The notes beneath the pieces were generated by a model. It saw only the letters and a list, made by a program, of their open reading frames with translations, ran no database searches and was not told the origin of the DNA. Positions 37,338-49,271 of a DNA stretch of 49,271 nt are shown here, piece after piece (within the stretch, counting starts at the first letter, position 1; the number at the start of each line of letters is the position of its first letter). The stretch lies in NCBI RefSeq assembly GCF_001194135.2, contig NC_068995.1:16463212-16512482 (forward strand). The letters run 5' to 3'. The position numbers were made by a program, and so were the translations under genes. Origin of the DNA: Octopus bimaculoides (taxonomy: Eukaryota).

Positions 37338-38427
37338 AATAAGGCAGAATGCTAAACTGAAACCATATTTTAATATAGATGTGCATAAGGAGGATTAAAA
37401 AGGATTTCTAACTGGCTTTCATTGCATGGCAAATTTTCAAGAAGAGGGGAAATGAAAATAATGTTTTTTACAAAATTATAAATAATATATTAAACAATAA
37501 ATATACCAATACATTATATTGTCTTTGAGTTTTTTAAAGTTCAATGGTAATCCATGTAGATAATTGTTAGATAGATTAGGATGCATGGAATTAAGAATGG
37601 TGTTGTGTTTAAAAAAGGCTGAGAGTTTGTGTTAAACAGGAAGTGTGGTGTCAAAACAGGAAGTGTGTAAGGGAAGACAATTCTGTGGGTTTTATACTTT
37701 TTAGTTGGCGTTCTGGACTCTTTGTCAACAAGAAGTTTATGCCTGTTCTTAGAGAAACAAGAAGTAAATATATATGTATTTCAATGGGTAGGCGAGAGAA
37801 GGGAATATGGTCACTGAGGAGTTTGTATGTTAAGAAGCATTTGGAATTCCTCTATAAAAAGATTCTCCTTGTTGATTCTTTCTTGTGTAGAGATTCTGTC
37901 TTTACATTGATAGAAAGTGAATACAAGGAATTTAGGGTTTTTATTTTTGGTGCAAGACTCTATGTGGCCACTTGCCTACCCATTGAAATACATATAAATT
38001 TACCTCTTGTTTCTCTAAGACCTGACATAAACTTCCTGTTGACAAAGAGTCCAGAACTCCAACTAAAGAGTGTAAAACCCACAGAATTGTCTTCCCTTAC
38101 ACACACTTCCTGTTTTGACACCACACTTCCTGTTTAACACACAAACTATCAGCCTTTTTTAAACAGCACGATTCTTAATTCCATGCATCCTAATCTATCT
38201 AACAATTATCTACATGGATTACCAGTGAACTTTAAAACCTCAAAGACAATATAATGTATTGGTATGTTTATTTTTTTTATATATTTTTGTAAAAAACATT
38301 ATTTTCATTTCCCCTCTTCTTGAAAATTTGCCATGCAATGAAAGCCGCTTAGAAATCCTTTTAAATCGTCCTTATGCACATCTATATTAAAATATGCTTT
38401 CAGTTTAGCATTCTGCCTTATTATTAT
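37338..38427. mobile_element. Penelope-like element with inverted (palindromic) arrangement of two 3'-end copies
   Basis: 37338-37972 is a minus-strand copy (endonuclease tail plus UTR) and 37971-38427 a plus-strand copy (UTR only). Both end outward in gcattctgcctta; about 450-bp complementary arms. Confidence 0.9.
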
Positions 38428-38882
38428 AATTTTTGTGGGGGGGTTTTCCTTATATATAAAAAGATATGTGTATTTGTGTGTGTATACATGTACATGCATA
38501 TATGTAAATACATGCATATATACATGTGTGTGTATTTGCCATATGCAAATACACACACACACACACACACATTTCAATTTAATACACATCTGAGAGAGCT
38601 ACTATTAGTTTCCTGTTTTTTTTATGATACTTTAACTAGGCATATTTTTAAAATATGCCATGTATCTCCTAGAAAATTTGTAGGCACTGTCTATGCATTG
38701 GCATCTGAAGGATTGCTAGTAGATACATGGTGTATTTTATAGAAATGCCTAGTTAAAGTATCTTAAAAGCATGAAACTATTAGTAGCTCTTTTGGTGGAC
38801 AGAGTACTGATTTGTTGATTTTACTTATACTGAATCTATAAACTATATATATAGGTATATTTATGTGTGCATATATATATAA

Positions 38883-38922
<40 letters not shown>

Positions 38923-39627
38923 NNNNNNNNNNNNNNNNNNNNNNNNNNNNNNNNNNNNNNNNNNNNNNNNNNNNNNNNNNNNNNNNNNNNNNNNNNNNNN
39001 NNNNNNNNNNNNNNNNNNNNNNNNNNNNNNNNNNNNNNNNNNNNNNNNNNNNNNNNNNNNNNNNNNNNNNTCTCTTGTTCTCTATGGATTTTACTTTATA
39101 TATGTTGTATCTATATATATATATATATATATCACATGTGGTTATACAGTCATGTATATTAGTAACTACACCAATATACTATGAGCAGACTGGATGATGT
39201 TTCTGTACATGGAAATCTGAATTCAGCAGTAATAGAGGGTCAGTGTCATTTTGAAGTTTCACAGACAATTACTTGCCATATAAAGGATTAATTATCAACA
39301 AAAATTCAAAGTCCTACCCATTCAATAAAATATTTACTCCCTAGTCTCTTACTTCAGTAACTATTACCCATTGCTTTTAATCTTAATTCTTAAAAGCATG
39401 CACTTGACATTGTTTCCAAGAAAGATGCAAAAGTGCTCTCATTGGAATGCAGATAACAAAAGTAAATTCTCATTTAAACTTGATAAACGTCTTACATATT
39501 ATTCTGTTCCAGTTACAGATTTTATTTGTAATATATGAATTAGTTATTTGATTTTATTTCCTGGAAACCCTGGCTTATCCAGATTGTCACTTAATAATTT
39601 ATTTACAAAATCAAATGCGCCAATTAT

Positions 39628-39672
<45 letters not shown>

Positions 39673-41304
39673 GTCATCTAAGAATTCAGCAGTCAGAATA
39701 AACTGGCAATCACATATATTTGTCAATAGAGTGGGTATAATTGTCATACTAATCCTTCTAAGTAGCTTGTATCTTTATACAGTGTACATTAAATGATAAA
39801 TACGTGTGTGTGCCTGTGTGCATTCACTTGTTCATTTCATGTCCTTTTTTCCATGCTAGCATGAATACATATTATTGAGGGATGCCTAACTTTTCATTAA
39901 TCCGTACCTGCTTTTCAAGTAAGGGAGTTTTCATTCCGTTTGTTAATTAAACTACACAGCCAATGGAATTTTCTTCTGTATGTGTTTTGACAACAAAATT
40001 TACTGTCTGCAACTATGTACATTTTCATGCAGCACTCAGAATTTAACCATTACATGCATACATCTACACATATGCAAGCACACACATGCACAAATATGGA
40101 TACAGATCTGTGTGTCTACAGACAAGTGAGGATATTCACCAGATTATCATTGAATAGAAATTTGCTAGAATGATCATAAACTTGTAGGTAATACAAATCA
40201 GAATACAAAACATAGTAGACTGTTTTGAAATGTCATCAACTGCTGGCAAATACACTTCTGGGTAGAAGTTTTTCAGATGACAGCATCCAAACACTTCCTG
40301 ATATAGAATGTAAATTATGGTATGGATGATATTCTAGTAAATATTCATAAAAATATTGGTGATGTATTTCTGTGCAAAGAGCGTTCAATAGATCTAATTT
40401 GTATTGAGGGCAATAAATTCATGAATTGTTTACAATTCTATAGTCTGCATACGTATATGTGTGTGTGTATGTATGTATGTATGTATGTATGTATGTATGT
40501 ATATATATATATAGACAGACATATACAAACATGACACTTTAATGTATTTAATTTAATGCATGCTGATGTTGTATAAGATTAACATTTATTTATGTTCTTC
40601 TGGTTTACGTTGTGTTATGCATAATTAGATGTTGTTTAATTAATGGTAAACCATTAAAAGTACAAATATGCAAATGGGGCTTTCCATCATGGTGCTAGCA
40701 TAATTCCTGACCGCTTCATGAATTTCTGATCTGTACCATTGATTGGAGAAGAAAGCTGGATATATCTCCTTTGAGGCTTGGTCAACAAACCATGAAAAAT
40801 TTTTAAGAGACTCCCACCCTTGGAGACTCCCACTTCAGTCACATAGCATGTTTTTACATTTTTATTGAATCTACAATGAGTCTTCATAAGATTTAAATTC
40901 ATTTCCTTTCCGCTGATTTATGCTGTGTTGTGTATAAATAAATAATCTGATATGCAGATGAGTTTACCAGAACTCATGTTCTCCACCTACACTTGCATAA
41001 ATTCTCATATGCTGTTTTTATAAAATTCCTACTATGTTTATTAGGCTGGGTATATCTGAGTTGGGATTTTGTTGCTGATGAAGCAGAATGATGCAGAAAT
41101 GCATGTGACCTGCAATCCAATAATGTCACTCACGATGCAATATAAGATCTTTTAATGTAAGTCTAAGTGGAGAATTTTCTCCTGGGAATATTTCTGCAGT
41201 GAAAGGCTTTATTGCATCCAAATACATTTGAACGTACTAGGCATTACTTTACATGAATATGTGTGTGTATGTAACTTTTTTTCAGTTATTGAGTTATAGC
41301 CATA

Positions 41305-41590
41305 CTTATACTTATTTTCTTTCTAAACCTGTTACTTGTTCAATCTGTCTTGCCAAACTGCTAAGTTATGCAGAGGTAAACAAATCAAGTTAGTTGTCAA
41401 GTGGTGGTGTGGGACATGCACAAAGACACACACACACATAGATGCATATATAATATATGCATACATGCGTATAAATATTTCAATTTCATCTACTAGACCA
41501 GTTATAAAAGATACTTGCCCAAGGTGCTCCACAGTAGGACTGAACCAGGAACTGTGTGGTTGAGAAGCAAACACCTTGCCACACTTGTGC
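41305..41590 (-). mobile_element. Degenerate tRNA-derived SINE
   Basis: Reverse complement of the 11858-12187 family (cttgcccaaggtgctccacagtaggactgaacc...). Confidence 0.75.
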
Positions 41591-41623
41591 CTATATGTAC
41601 ATATATATATATATACACACACG

Positions 41624-41673
<50 letters not shown>

Positions 41674-41943
41674 NNNNNNNNNNNNNNNNNNNNNNNNNNN
41701 NNNNNNNNNNNNNNNNNNNNNNNNNNNNNNNNNNNNNNNNNNNNNNNNNNNNNNNNNNNNNNNNNNNNNNNNNNNNNNNNNNNNNNNNNNNNNNNNNNNN
41801 NNNNNNNNNNNNNNNNNNNNNNNNNNNNNNNNNNNNNNNNNNNNNNNNNNNNNNNNNNNNNNNNNNNNNNNNNNNNNNNNNNNNNNNNNNNNNNNNNNNN
41901 NNNNNNNNNNNNNNNNNNNNNNNNNNNNNNNNNNNNNNNNNNN

Positions 41944-42002
<59 letters not shown>

Positions 42003-43480
42003 ATTATATATCATAATACATACATGTGTGTGTGTGTATAGAGAGAGAGATACATATATGCACACATTTTACATGCACATATATATTTGCTCATGTATAT
42101 TATCTGCAGTTGACATAAATTTCCAGGCTAACATGAACACACATTCTGTCTGTCTGTCTCTCAAAAGATATTTGGTATTTACAGAGGTTGGGCATTTCTC
42201 AGCAGAAACCTCAACTTTCTTGTAGGACCATGGTGTTACTTTTCATTTCCTTTTTTTTTCATTCATTCCTTTGGTATTTCTTTTAGGGGGCCACCTATGA
42301 CCTTCTGGAATCTTCTTATAGATCAAGCTGAGTTTGAAAAGTAATGCAAAAATAACTTCAGAAGCCCTCCAAAATATACAAAAATATATTACTATTAAAA
42401 AAAACTGAAAAAAAAAAAGAACAAAATCGAATCAAATCAAATCTTGTATGATCTGAGGGCCAAAATCATATTGCTTTACTATTTGTTAAAAACATTAACA
42501 TCATACTAGACAGGAAAACAACAAGAAGCATGATAATAATAATAATATCAATAATAATAAAGATAAACAAATATAAAAGTAAAAACAAAATAAACCCCAA
42601 AATGTTGAGAATTAATAATAATAATCATGAAAAAAATTAGTTAACATTCTATAAACCTGGTTCAGACACGTGAGTTATGATGAAGAAATATATAGAAATT
42701 CATCTTTTAGAATTATTATTATTTTTATTATTTTCTTTATATATGTGTGTGTGTGTGTGTGTGTGTATAACCATTACTTTTCATATCATTTAATTATTAT
42801 TATTATTATTATTATTATTTTTATTGTTATCGTTTTCTTTATATATATAACCATTACTTTTCATAGCATTTAATTATTATTATTATTATTAGTTATTTTT
42901 ATTATTATACCATTATTATTGTTGTTATTTGCTTTTTTTTTTATTTTAATTTTTATTTTCATTTATTATTTATTTATTTTTTTTGCAAAATCTTATTTCT
43001 GATATCTTGGGAGGCAAAGACTGTTTTCAAAGATTATTTTTCTGTTCCTTATCTGAATGTCTCTAGGTTGTGTGTGTGTGTGTCTGTGTGTGTCTGTGTG
43101 AGTGTATGTCAGTGTGTTTTCTTCTATATTTTATTTTTGCTGTTGATATTTTTACTCATTCCCCCCACCCCACCCCACTCCACCGCTTTTCTCTTCTTCT
43201 TGTTTCTCAGTAATTTCACTGTGATAATGTTCATCTGTTAAAAACAGTTTACTAAGTACTGTTTACTAGATTCACAATAACAACCAACCCTGTGGTTAAG
43301 CTGCCAATACTGGTCATTACTTGTCTCGGGTTTCCCAGTTCGTGTCATGTTCTTGGCATTATGATGTGTGTGGTTTTCGAAAAAAATAAAACACAGTAAA
43401 CATTGTATATTACTTTGCTTCATTCTGTCTTGTTGATGGACCCTTAAGAGACTTAGTATCATTTTGACTGATCCTTATAT

Positions 43481-43715
43481 TCAACCCTTTAGCATTCCGA
43501 TTACCCTGTCAATTATAAAGCTTATTTATTCACATTGCTTTGAATTAATCATGCATCATGTCATGGCTTTGGGGGTTTCAATGATGTTATTGTTTTTAGA
43601 ATGACATGATGGGGTCGGTGCAAGAGGCTGGATCTGGCCAGTTTGAACATAAATGAACATAAGGCATGTAGAATATTTGGGTTGGATATGGCTGGTTTGA
43701 ATGCTGAAGTGTTAA
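43481..43715 (+). mobile_element. piggyBac-like MITE
   Basis: TIR ccctttagcattc (43485-43497) vs gaatgctgaagtg (43699-43711) matches 11/13. TTAA on the right (43712-43715) and TCAA on the left. Confidence 0.72.
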
Positions 43716-44929
43716 GGCCTTGTTTTGAATGCCTGTCATCATGGAGATATATAAGAACCCATGATTAGTTCATCTTTTAATTTCTTGCATACCTCATTGT
43801 TAGTTATCACACCACCTCAATTCAGGTACTGTTAGTACCTCACTTTGGTTTTGTTTTATGAATTAGCCTAGGTTGACTCCTTCCCCAAATATGTAGCGTC
43901 TTGGGTAAATATCTATCAAAACACTGGGTTACACAAAGCCCTGTGTCTGAAATAGTATAGACAGAAACCATGTGGATTCTTATCAAATGGACTGTGCCTG
44001 AAATTCAGTGGTTCAGTCATGTCACACTGCATCCTACCGGTTGTGTTTGAGTATTATCTTAAGAACACACATGTCTGTGAAACATGCAGCAACTTCACAT
44101 GTTAATTAAATGAGTAGATCATTGAGTTAAGAGCATCCATCATGGTGTTGTTAGTACCCCAAAACTAGTGTCAGTACCTCCTTGGCAGTGTTTTTTTGTA
44201 TTTGATGAGGTTTCAACATGGGTTATTGTTCTTAATGTTACTGTGATAATACTCATGTTGAAGTATTATCAAAAATACCCAAGCCAGTACTAAATAAAAA
44301 GCACCCATGCAGACACCACATAAAAGCACCCAGTAGACTCTGTAAAGTGGTCAGCATTGGAAATGGTATCCATTCATAGAAATCATGCCAAAACAGATGA
44401 CTGGAGCATGATGCAGCCCTCTGGCTGGCCAGCTTCCATCAACTCCACCCCACCCATCCCATGTCAGCATGGAAAAATGTTAAATGATGATGATGACTAG
44501 AAGGGGTGCACAGACATTAATTTTGAGGTACCAACAAGACTAGTACTTTCAGAATCTTTGTGATGTATTGTTAGTATTTCAATGTTAGTACTGTCACTGT
44601 CAGTACCTCATTGTTCTTTGGGCATTGGTACTTCACCAGCAAGTACTGTTACTACCTTACTATTGTTGTTGCTACTTCAACACTGTCAATTCCTCAGTGA
44701 AGTTCTGTTGTTGGTTTTTCAACACTACAAGTAACAGTAAAACTGTCACTACTGGGTAAATCACTACTGGGAATCTAGAAACTGACTATATGTAATATTC
44801 CACCCTCATATCATGACCTGATTACCTGGCTTTTAATGTTGTTAGTATCACTGTACTCACTATGTACTTTATTTCCTATAACACCAGTACTTTACCATCA
44901 GATGTTCTCACTACCTAACTTTCTTACTA

Positions 44930-45750
44930 TTTGACGTTTCAAGTTGACAATGTAAGCCCTATGAAGTCAGTCAACTAGCTAGAAACAACAGCCAAGTCTG
45001 TCTCAAAATACACACCTAGATCTTAAAAGAATGTATGCATAGGATAGTTTAGTCTCAGTTACAGTCTGTGAATTAAAAGAAAAAAGCAGTCATGAACATA
45101 GGCCCTCTTCATCAAGGCCAAGTTTGGGTGAAGCAGCAACAATTACTAGCCAATTATGGCACCTCTACATAGTTGCATGATCTGCTGGAAATAGCTGTGA
45201 AATTTCAGTCAAGGCAGATTCTGCTTTTTTTGAAAAATAAGTTGAAGGGTCATAGATACACTCTGGTTGAAAAATCTTGTCTCAGCTACAATGGCTTTTG
45301 TCATAGGTTTGCTTGTTGATACAGCTTACTTAGAGCTGCAGTAGTAGTAGCAGCAGCAGCAGCAATAACAATGTTGCTGTTATCTCCAAACCTCCAATAT
45401 GCAGGGCTGTTAGCCAACATGGCGTTAGTGGAGTTACATTTTACTTTGAGCCTGTGAAGGATCCATTTTTGTGGTAGTTCAATATGTTGGAAATAATGGC
45501 TACATCTCCCTCAGTCACACTTGAAAAACAGGAAAGGTCGCATTAGATAATGTGAGTGTAGATATATTATGCCACAAAAAAAAAGAAAATGCAGCAAAAA
45601 GAAAAAAGAATAAAGACATGACAGTCAAAATTTGAATGTCTCCTGATGATCAGTCATTTGTTTGATGGATGTCAAGGGCTGATCCAGAGAAATGGCAGTG
45701 AAGGGGTCGAGATGGGGCTAAGCTGTAGCAACAACAACAACTGCAACACA
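44930..45750 (+). repeat. Cluster of degenerate interspersed repeats (gctagaaa.a.cagccaa.tct family) with (AAC)n tails
   Basis: Motif recurs at about 44980, 45185 and 45490, also at about 9915, and reversed at about 7780. Confidence 0.5.
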
Positions 45751-46374
45751 TTCTACATTACTTAATGTCTCCTTATTAAAATACGTTAAATAGTTTCCAA
45801 GAGTTTTCTGTAAACACTGTCTGATTCAATGAAAATAAGTCGGTTTGCTTTGTTTTTGCTTTTGTTTTCATTTTTAGTGTTTTTGTTTTTTAGCTTGTCT
45901 TTCTTTTTGTTTTTTTTTTTTGTTTTTGCGTAACATTTTCTTGACATTTACGTAAGTTACTTCATTCGGTTCCAACCAACCAACCAACCGGCATCCTCCC
46001 ACCATTGTTATATTTTATTTCATTTTTATTTTCATTTTTATTTCATTGTTTCTTTTCTTTTCTTTTTATTTTTTTTTTCAATTTCTCTTTTGTTTTATTT
46101 CGATGTAATAATACAAAAGGTAATTGTAGTAATTTCCTCTTTTATCCCTCATTGCAATTCAATCATGCTCTTTCCACTCTCTCATAGGTCAAATTTTACT
46201 TTAATGTCACAAGAATTGCATTTTGTCTCTTTCACTTACGTTTGTTTGTTTTCCTCGTAAGCAAAAACTTGTCTTCCTGTCTTTTTGCTTCACTTTTCTT
46301 TTCCTTTTCTACTATACAACTTCATTCTAAGATTTTCTTTTGTCTTTGTCAATGTTCATTTTTGTTCAAATCTA

Positions 46375-46415
<41 letters not shown>

Positions 46416-46508
46416 GTTGTTGTTGTTGTTGTTGTTATCATTATTGTTATTATTGTTATTACTACTACCACTACCACTGCTGCTATTACTACTACTACTA
46501 TTATTATT

Positions 46509-47068
46509 AAGGTGGTGAGCTGACAGCACTGCTAGAGCATTGGGAAAAAATGCTTTGTAGTATTTCTTGACTCATTACATTCAGAGTTTGAATTCTGTTG
46601 CGGTTGAATTTACCTCTCATGCATTCAGGGTCAATAAAATTATAAAATAGTGTACCATTGGAAAACTGGGGCTGACGTAATTGATTAATCCCCACCCCCA
46701 CATTTTCACACCTTGTGCCTGTAGTGGAAAGGATTATCATTATTATTATCATTATCATTATCCTCATTATTATTATTATTATTATTATTATGATGGTTAT
46801 TATTATTATTATTATTATTGTTATTATGATTATTCTTATTCTTATTATTATTATTATTAAGGTGGCAAGCTGGCAGAAACGTTAGCATGCTGGGCAAAAT
46901 GCCTGGTGGTATTTCGTCTGCCACTACATTCTGAGTTCAAATTCCTCTTAATTCAACTTTGCCTTTCATTCTTTCAGTATTGATAAATTCAATACCAGTG
47001 AAACACTGGTGTCAATATGATTGACCTATCCCCTCCCACAAAATTTCAAGCCTTGTTCCTATAGTAGA

Positions 47069-47102
<34 letters not shown>

Positions 47103-47313
47103 GTTGTTATTGTTATTATTAAGGTGACAAGTTGACACGAAGGCTTCTTCTAACTCCTTTTGAGTTAAGTTCAAATTCCACAGACTTTGACTTAACCTTT
47201 CATCCTTTTGGAGGTCAATAAAATAAAATACAAATGAAGTGCTCAGGCTGATGCAATTTGCTCTTCCCCCTCTCCTTAAAATTGCTGGTCTTGTGCCAAA
47301 ATTTAAAACAATT
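46509..47313 (+). mobile_element. Three tandem SINE copies separated by (ATT)n tracts
   Basis: Copies at 46509-46734, 46859-47073 and 47121-47313 each begin tattattaaggtg and follow an (att)n run. Confidence 0.85.
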
Positions 47314-48500
47314 ATGTGTGTATATATATATATATATATATGTAATCATAGATTTGTTGCTGATAATTAACTCTTATTAACTTAAAAATCTCCATTTTCT
47401 TCTTTTTCCTTTGCATGAATATAAACTATGGTTTGTATACAAACCTATTAATTTAAGGAATATTAGGTATTGAACCAGTATTTCCTTGCATGACACTATC
47501 CCTTCATGAGGCTAACATAATCTCTAACTGAATTGTGTGTATGTATATATATATATATATATATATACATACACACACACATACATGCAAGCACATTATT
47601 TCATAGCTACAAGATTTAAATGGGAACTACTGTAAGTTTCATGTTTGGATAATATACAGTGTGCTATAAAAATCTGTCCAAATACTATACTAGTAGCTTA
47701 CACTTAAATCCTGTGTTTATTAAATGTAAGTTATCTTTGCTTGATGGACCACTTTTTTTTTTATCTTCCCAATATACCACACACTCACTCTCACTCTCAC
47801 TCACACACACGCACACACCCACACACACTTAGTAGTATAGACAACATATAAATTGTTTGATTGCTGCCTGGTGGGTTTTTATTGCATATCTATTACTGGT
47901 GTTTCGGATCCAAGATTCTACATCTCCTCCTTAATTTAGCTGGTTTATCACATCATCTTTTGACACTGCCATCCACTAGTCCTTCAGTTTCCTTAGTAGA
48001 CTTCAGTTTGCTGCAGGCATTCAAACAAGATCTTCATTTCATTCTGCATCTACATATAAACTACATATATTGCTCTGCAGTTGTTTAAGCTGTTTATTGG
48101 TCATCAATGTGTCCATTGTTGATGAGCCTGCAAACACCTTGGGCATGGCTCCTATTCTCCTCACCAAAGTAAAGAATAAGCTGTAGGCAAAGACCACTCG
48201 GTCTACAATGTTAGGATAACATCCTCTTTTCCTCTTACAAGATTTGAAGGCCCGGGAGCAAAAGCATTCATGGGCAATGAGCTTCTGTTTCTGGTTACAC
48301 CATGAAATAAGTTGAGAAACATTTTCTGGGGAAATTACCAAGAATAGACTAGTTTTCTATCCCATTTATCTACAGTGTGATTTATTGCTTCACTATCCAT
48401 CTGTCTGTCTAATATAGTAGCCAGTATTGAATTCCCTTCTTATGGTTTGAATTTTATATTTTCTTTGTTTTTATTTTTTATTTTGTTTTATTATTTCCAG

Positions 48501-48577
48501 GCATCACCATTTGTACAGAATCTACTCTATGCAACATGCCTGGAGATTAACCGAGTGTTTGGTCATGTGATGAAAAG
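48501..48577 (+). CDS. COG1: Internal exon of COG1 (phase 0 to phase 2, 25 aa + 2 nt)
   Basis: Acceptor ttttattatttccag, donor AAG|gtaagc. ASPFVQNLLYATCLEINRVFGHVMK aligns with human COG1 PSWYVQSFLFSLCQEINRVGGHALPK (recalled from memory). Confidence 0.88.
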
Positions 48578-48844
48578 GTAAGCTACATATTTTTGTGTCT
48601 TATATCTCATCAGTTTGGCACTTCTCATGCTTTGGCACTTGTCAAATTAGTCTGATAGTGCCAACACGTGAAACTCTTGGACCTTAAGTCACTCTGTTAC
48701 TTCTGCTAAGTATTAATGTAAACATACTTATATACATATTTTGAGTTCTATTTCCCCCTTTGCACTAACATATCTGTATATATGTATGTATGTATGTATG
48801 TATGTGTATATGTGCGTGCGTGTGTGTGTGTATGTATGTTTGTG

Positions 48845-48876
<32 letters not shown>

Positions 48877-49050
48877 CAGAGAGAGAGTGAGAGAGAGAGA
48901 TGCATGTAGACATGTTTTGTATATTTATAATTATATATACATATGTATGTATGTATCTATCTATCTATCTGTCTGTCTGTCTGTTTGTCTGTCTATGTAT
49001 GTATGTATCTGTCTATTTATCTATCTATCTACCTTATTTATCCGTGTATG

Positions 49051-49099
<49 letters not shown>

Positions 49100-49101
<2 letters not shown>

Positions 49102-49271
49102 CATCATCATCATCATCATCATCGTTTAACGTCCGCTTTCCATGCTAGCATGGGTTGGACGATTTGACTGAGGACTGGTGAAACCGGATGGCAACACCAG
49201 GCTCCAGTCTGATTTGGCAGAGTTTCTACAGCTGGATGCCCTTCCTAACGCCAACCACTCAGAGAGTGTAG
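49100..49271 (-). mobile_element. Young RTE 3' end with (GAT)n tail, continuing beyond the window
   Basis: 142/148 identical to 1921-2068 in reverse complement. Confidence 0.88.

Larger units (their letters stand above)
15748..48500 (+). other. COG1: 32,753-nt GT-AG intron of COG1
   Basis: The flanking exons encode directly adjacent COG1 residues (...RVPMQ|ASPFVQ...) with matching phase 0. Confidence 0.82.

Noticed and set aside
41071-41109. Second hammerhead-like motif CTGATGA..GAAA-TGCA-T
   Set aside because: Position 17 is G, helix II closes with an A-A mismatch and helix I relies on wobbles. The similar CTGAAGA..GAAA at about 16307-16335 also lacks a valid NUH site.
48039-48341. 100-aa minus-strand ORF just upstream of the second COG1 exon
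   Set aside because: No recognisable domain, and a few ORFs of this size are expected by chance. It may be a decayed TE, but I could not assign it.
3234-49167. Dozens of ORFs rich in YI, VC, HT, LS, II or LL repeats
   Set aside because: They are translations of (AT)n, (GT)n, (CA)n, (CT)n, (GATA)n and (ATT)n microsatellites, which lack stops in some frames.

Overview
AT-rich, microsatellite-saturated eukaryotic DNA with many assembly gaps. The SINE, RTE, Penelope and mariner content suggests a coleoid cephalopod, most likely Octopus (inference from remembered repeat families). Only two host-gene exons are convincing: 15670-15747 (KWDEVDIEEETEAGEKIKSTIRVPMQ) and 48501-48577 (ASPFVQNLLYATCLEINRVFGHVMK). 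They splice in frame on the + strand and match consecutive segments of COG1, so most of the window is one 32,753-nt intron. The rest is decayed mobile DNA: a DD37D/maT transposon with both TIRs, mariner and Tigger fragments, MITEs, tRNA-derived SINEs, 5'-truncated RTE LINEs and two Penelope-like families. Most listed ORFs are microsatellite or N-gap artefacts. Best leads: a ~1.1-kb palindromic Penelope insertion, inverted repeats bracketing the COG1 exons, a minimal hammerhead-like motif, a candidate recursive splice site and an orphan exon-like segment. I found no well-supported novel multi-gene system; these leads are hypotheses.
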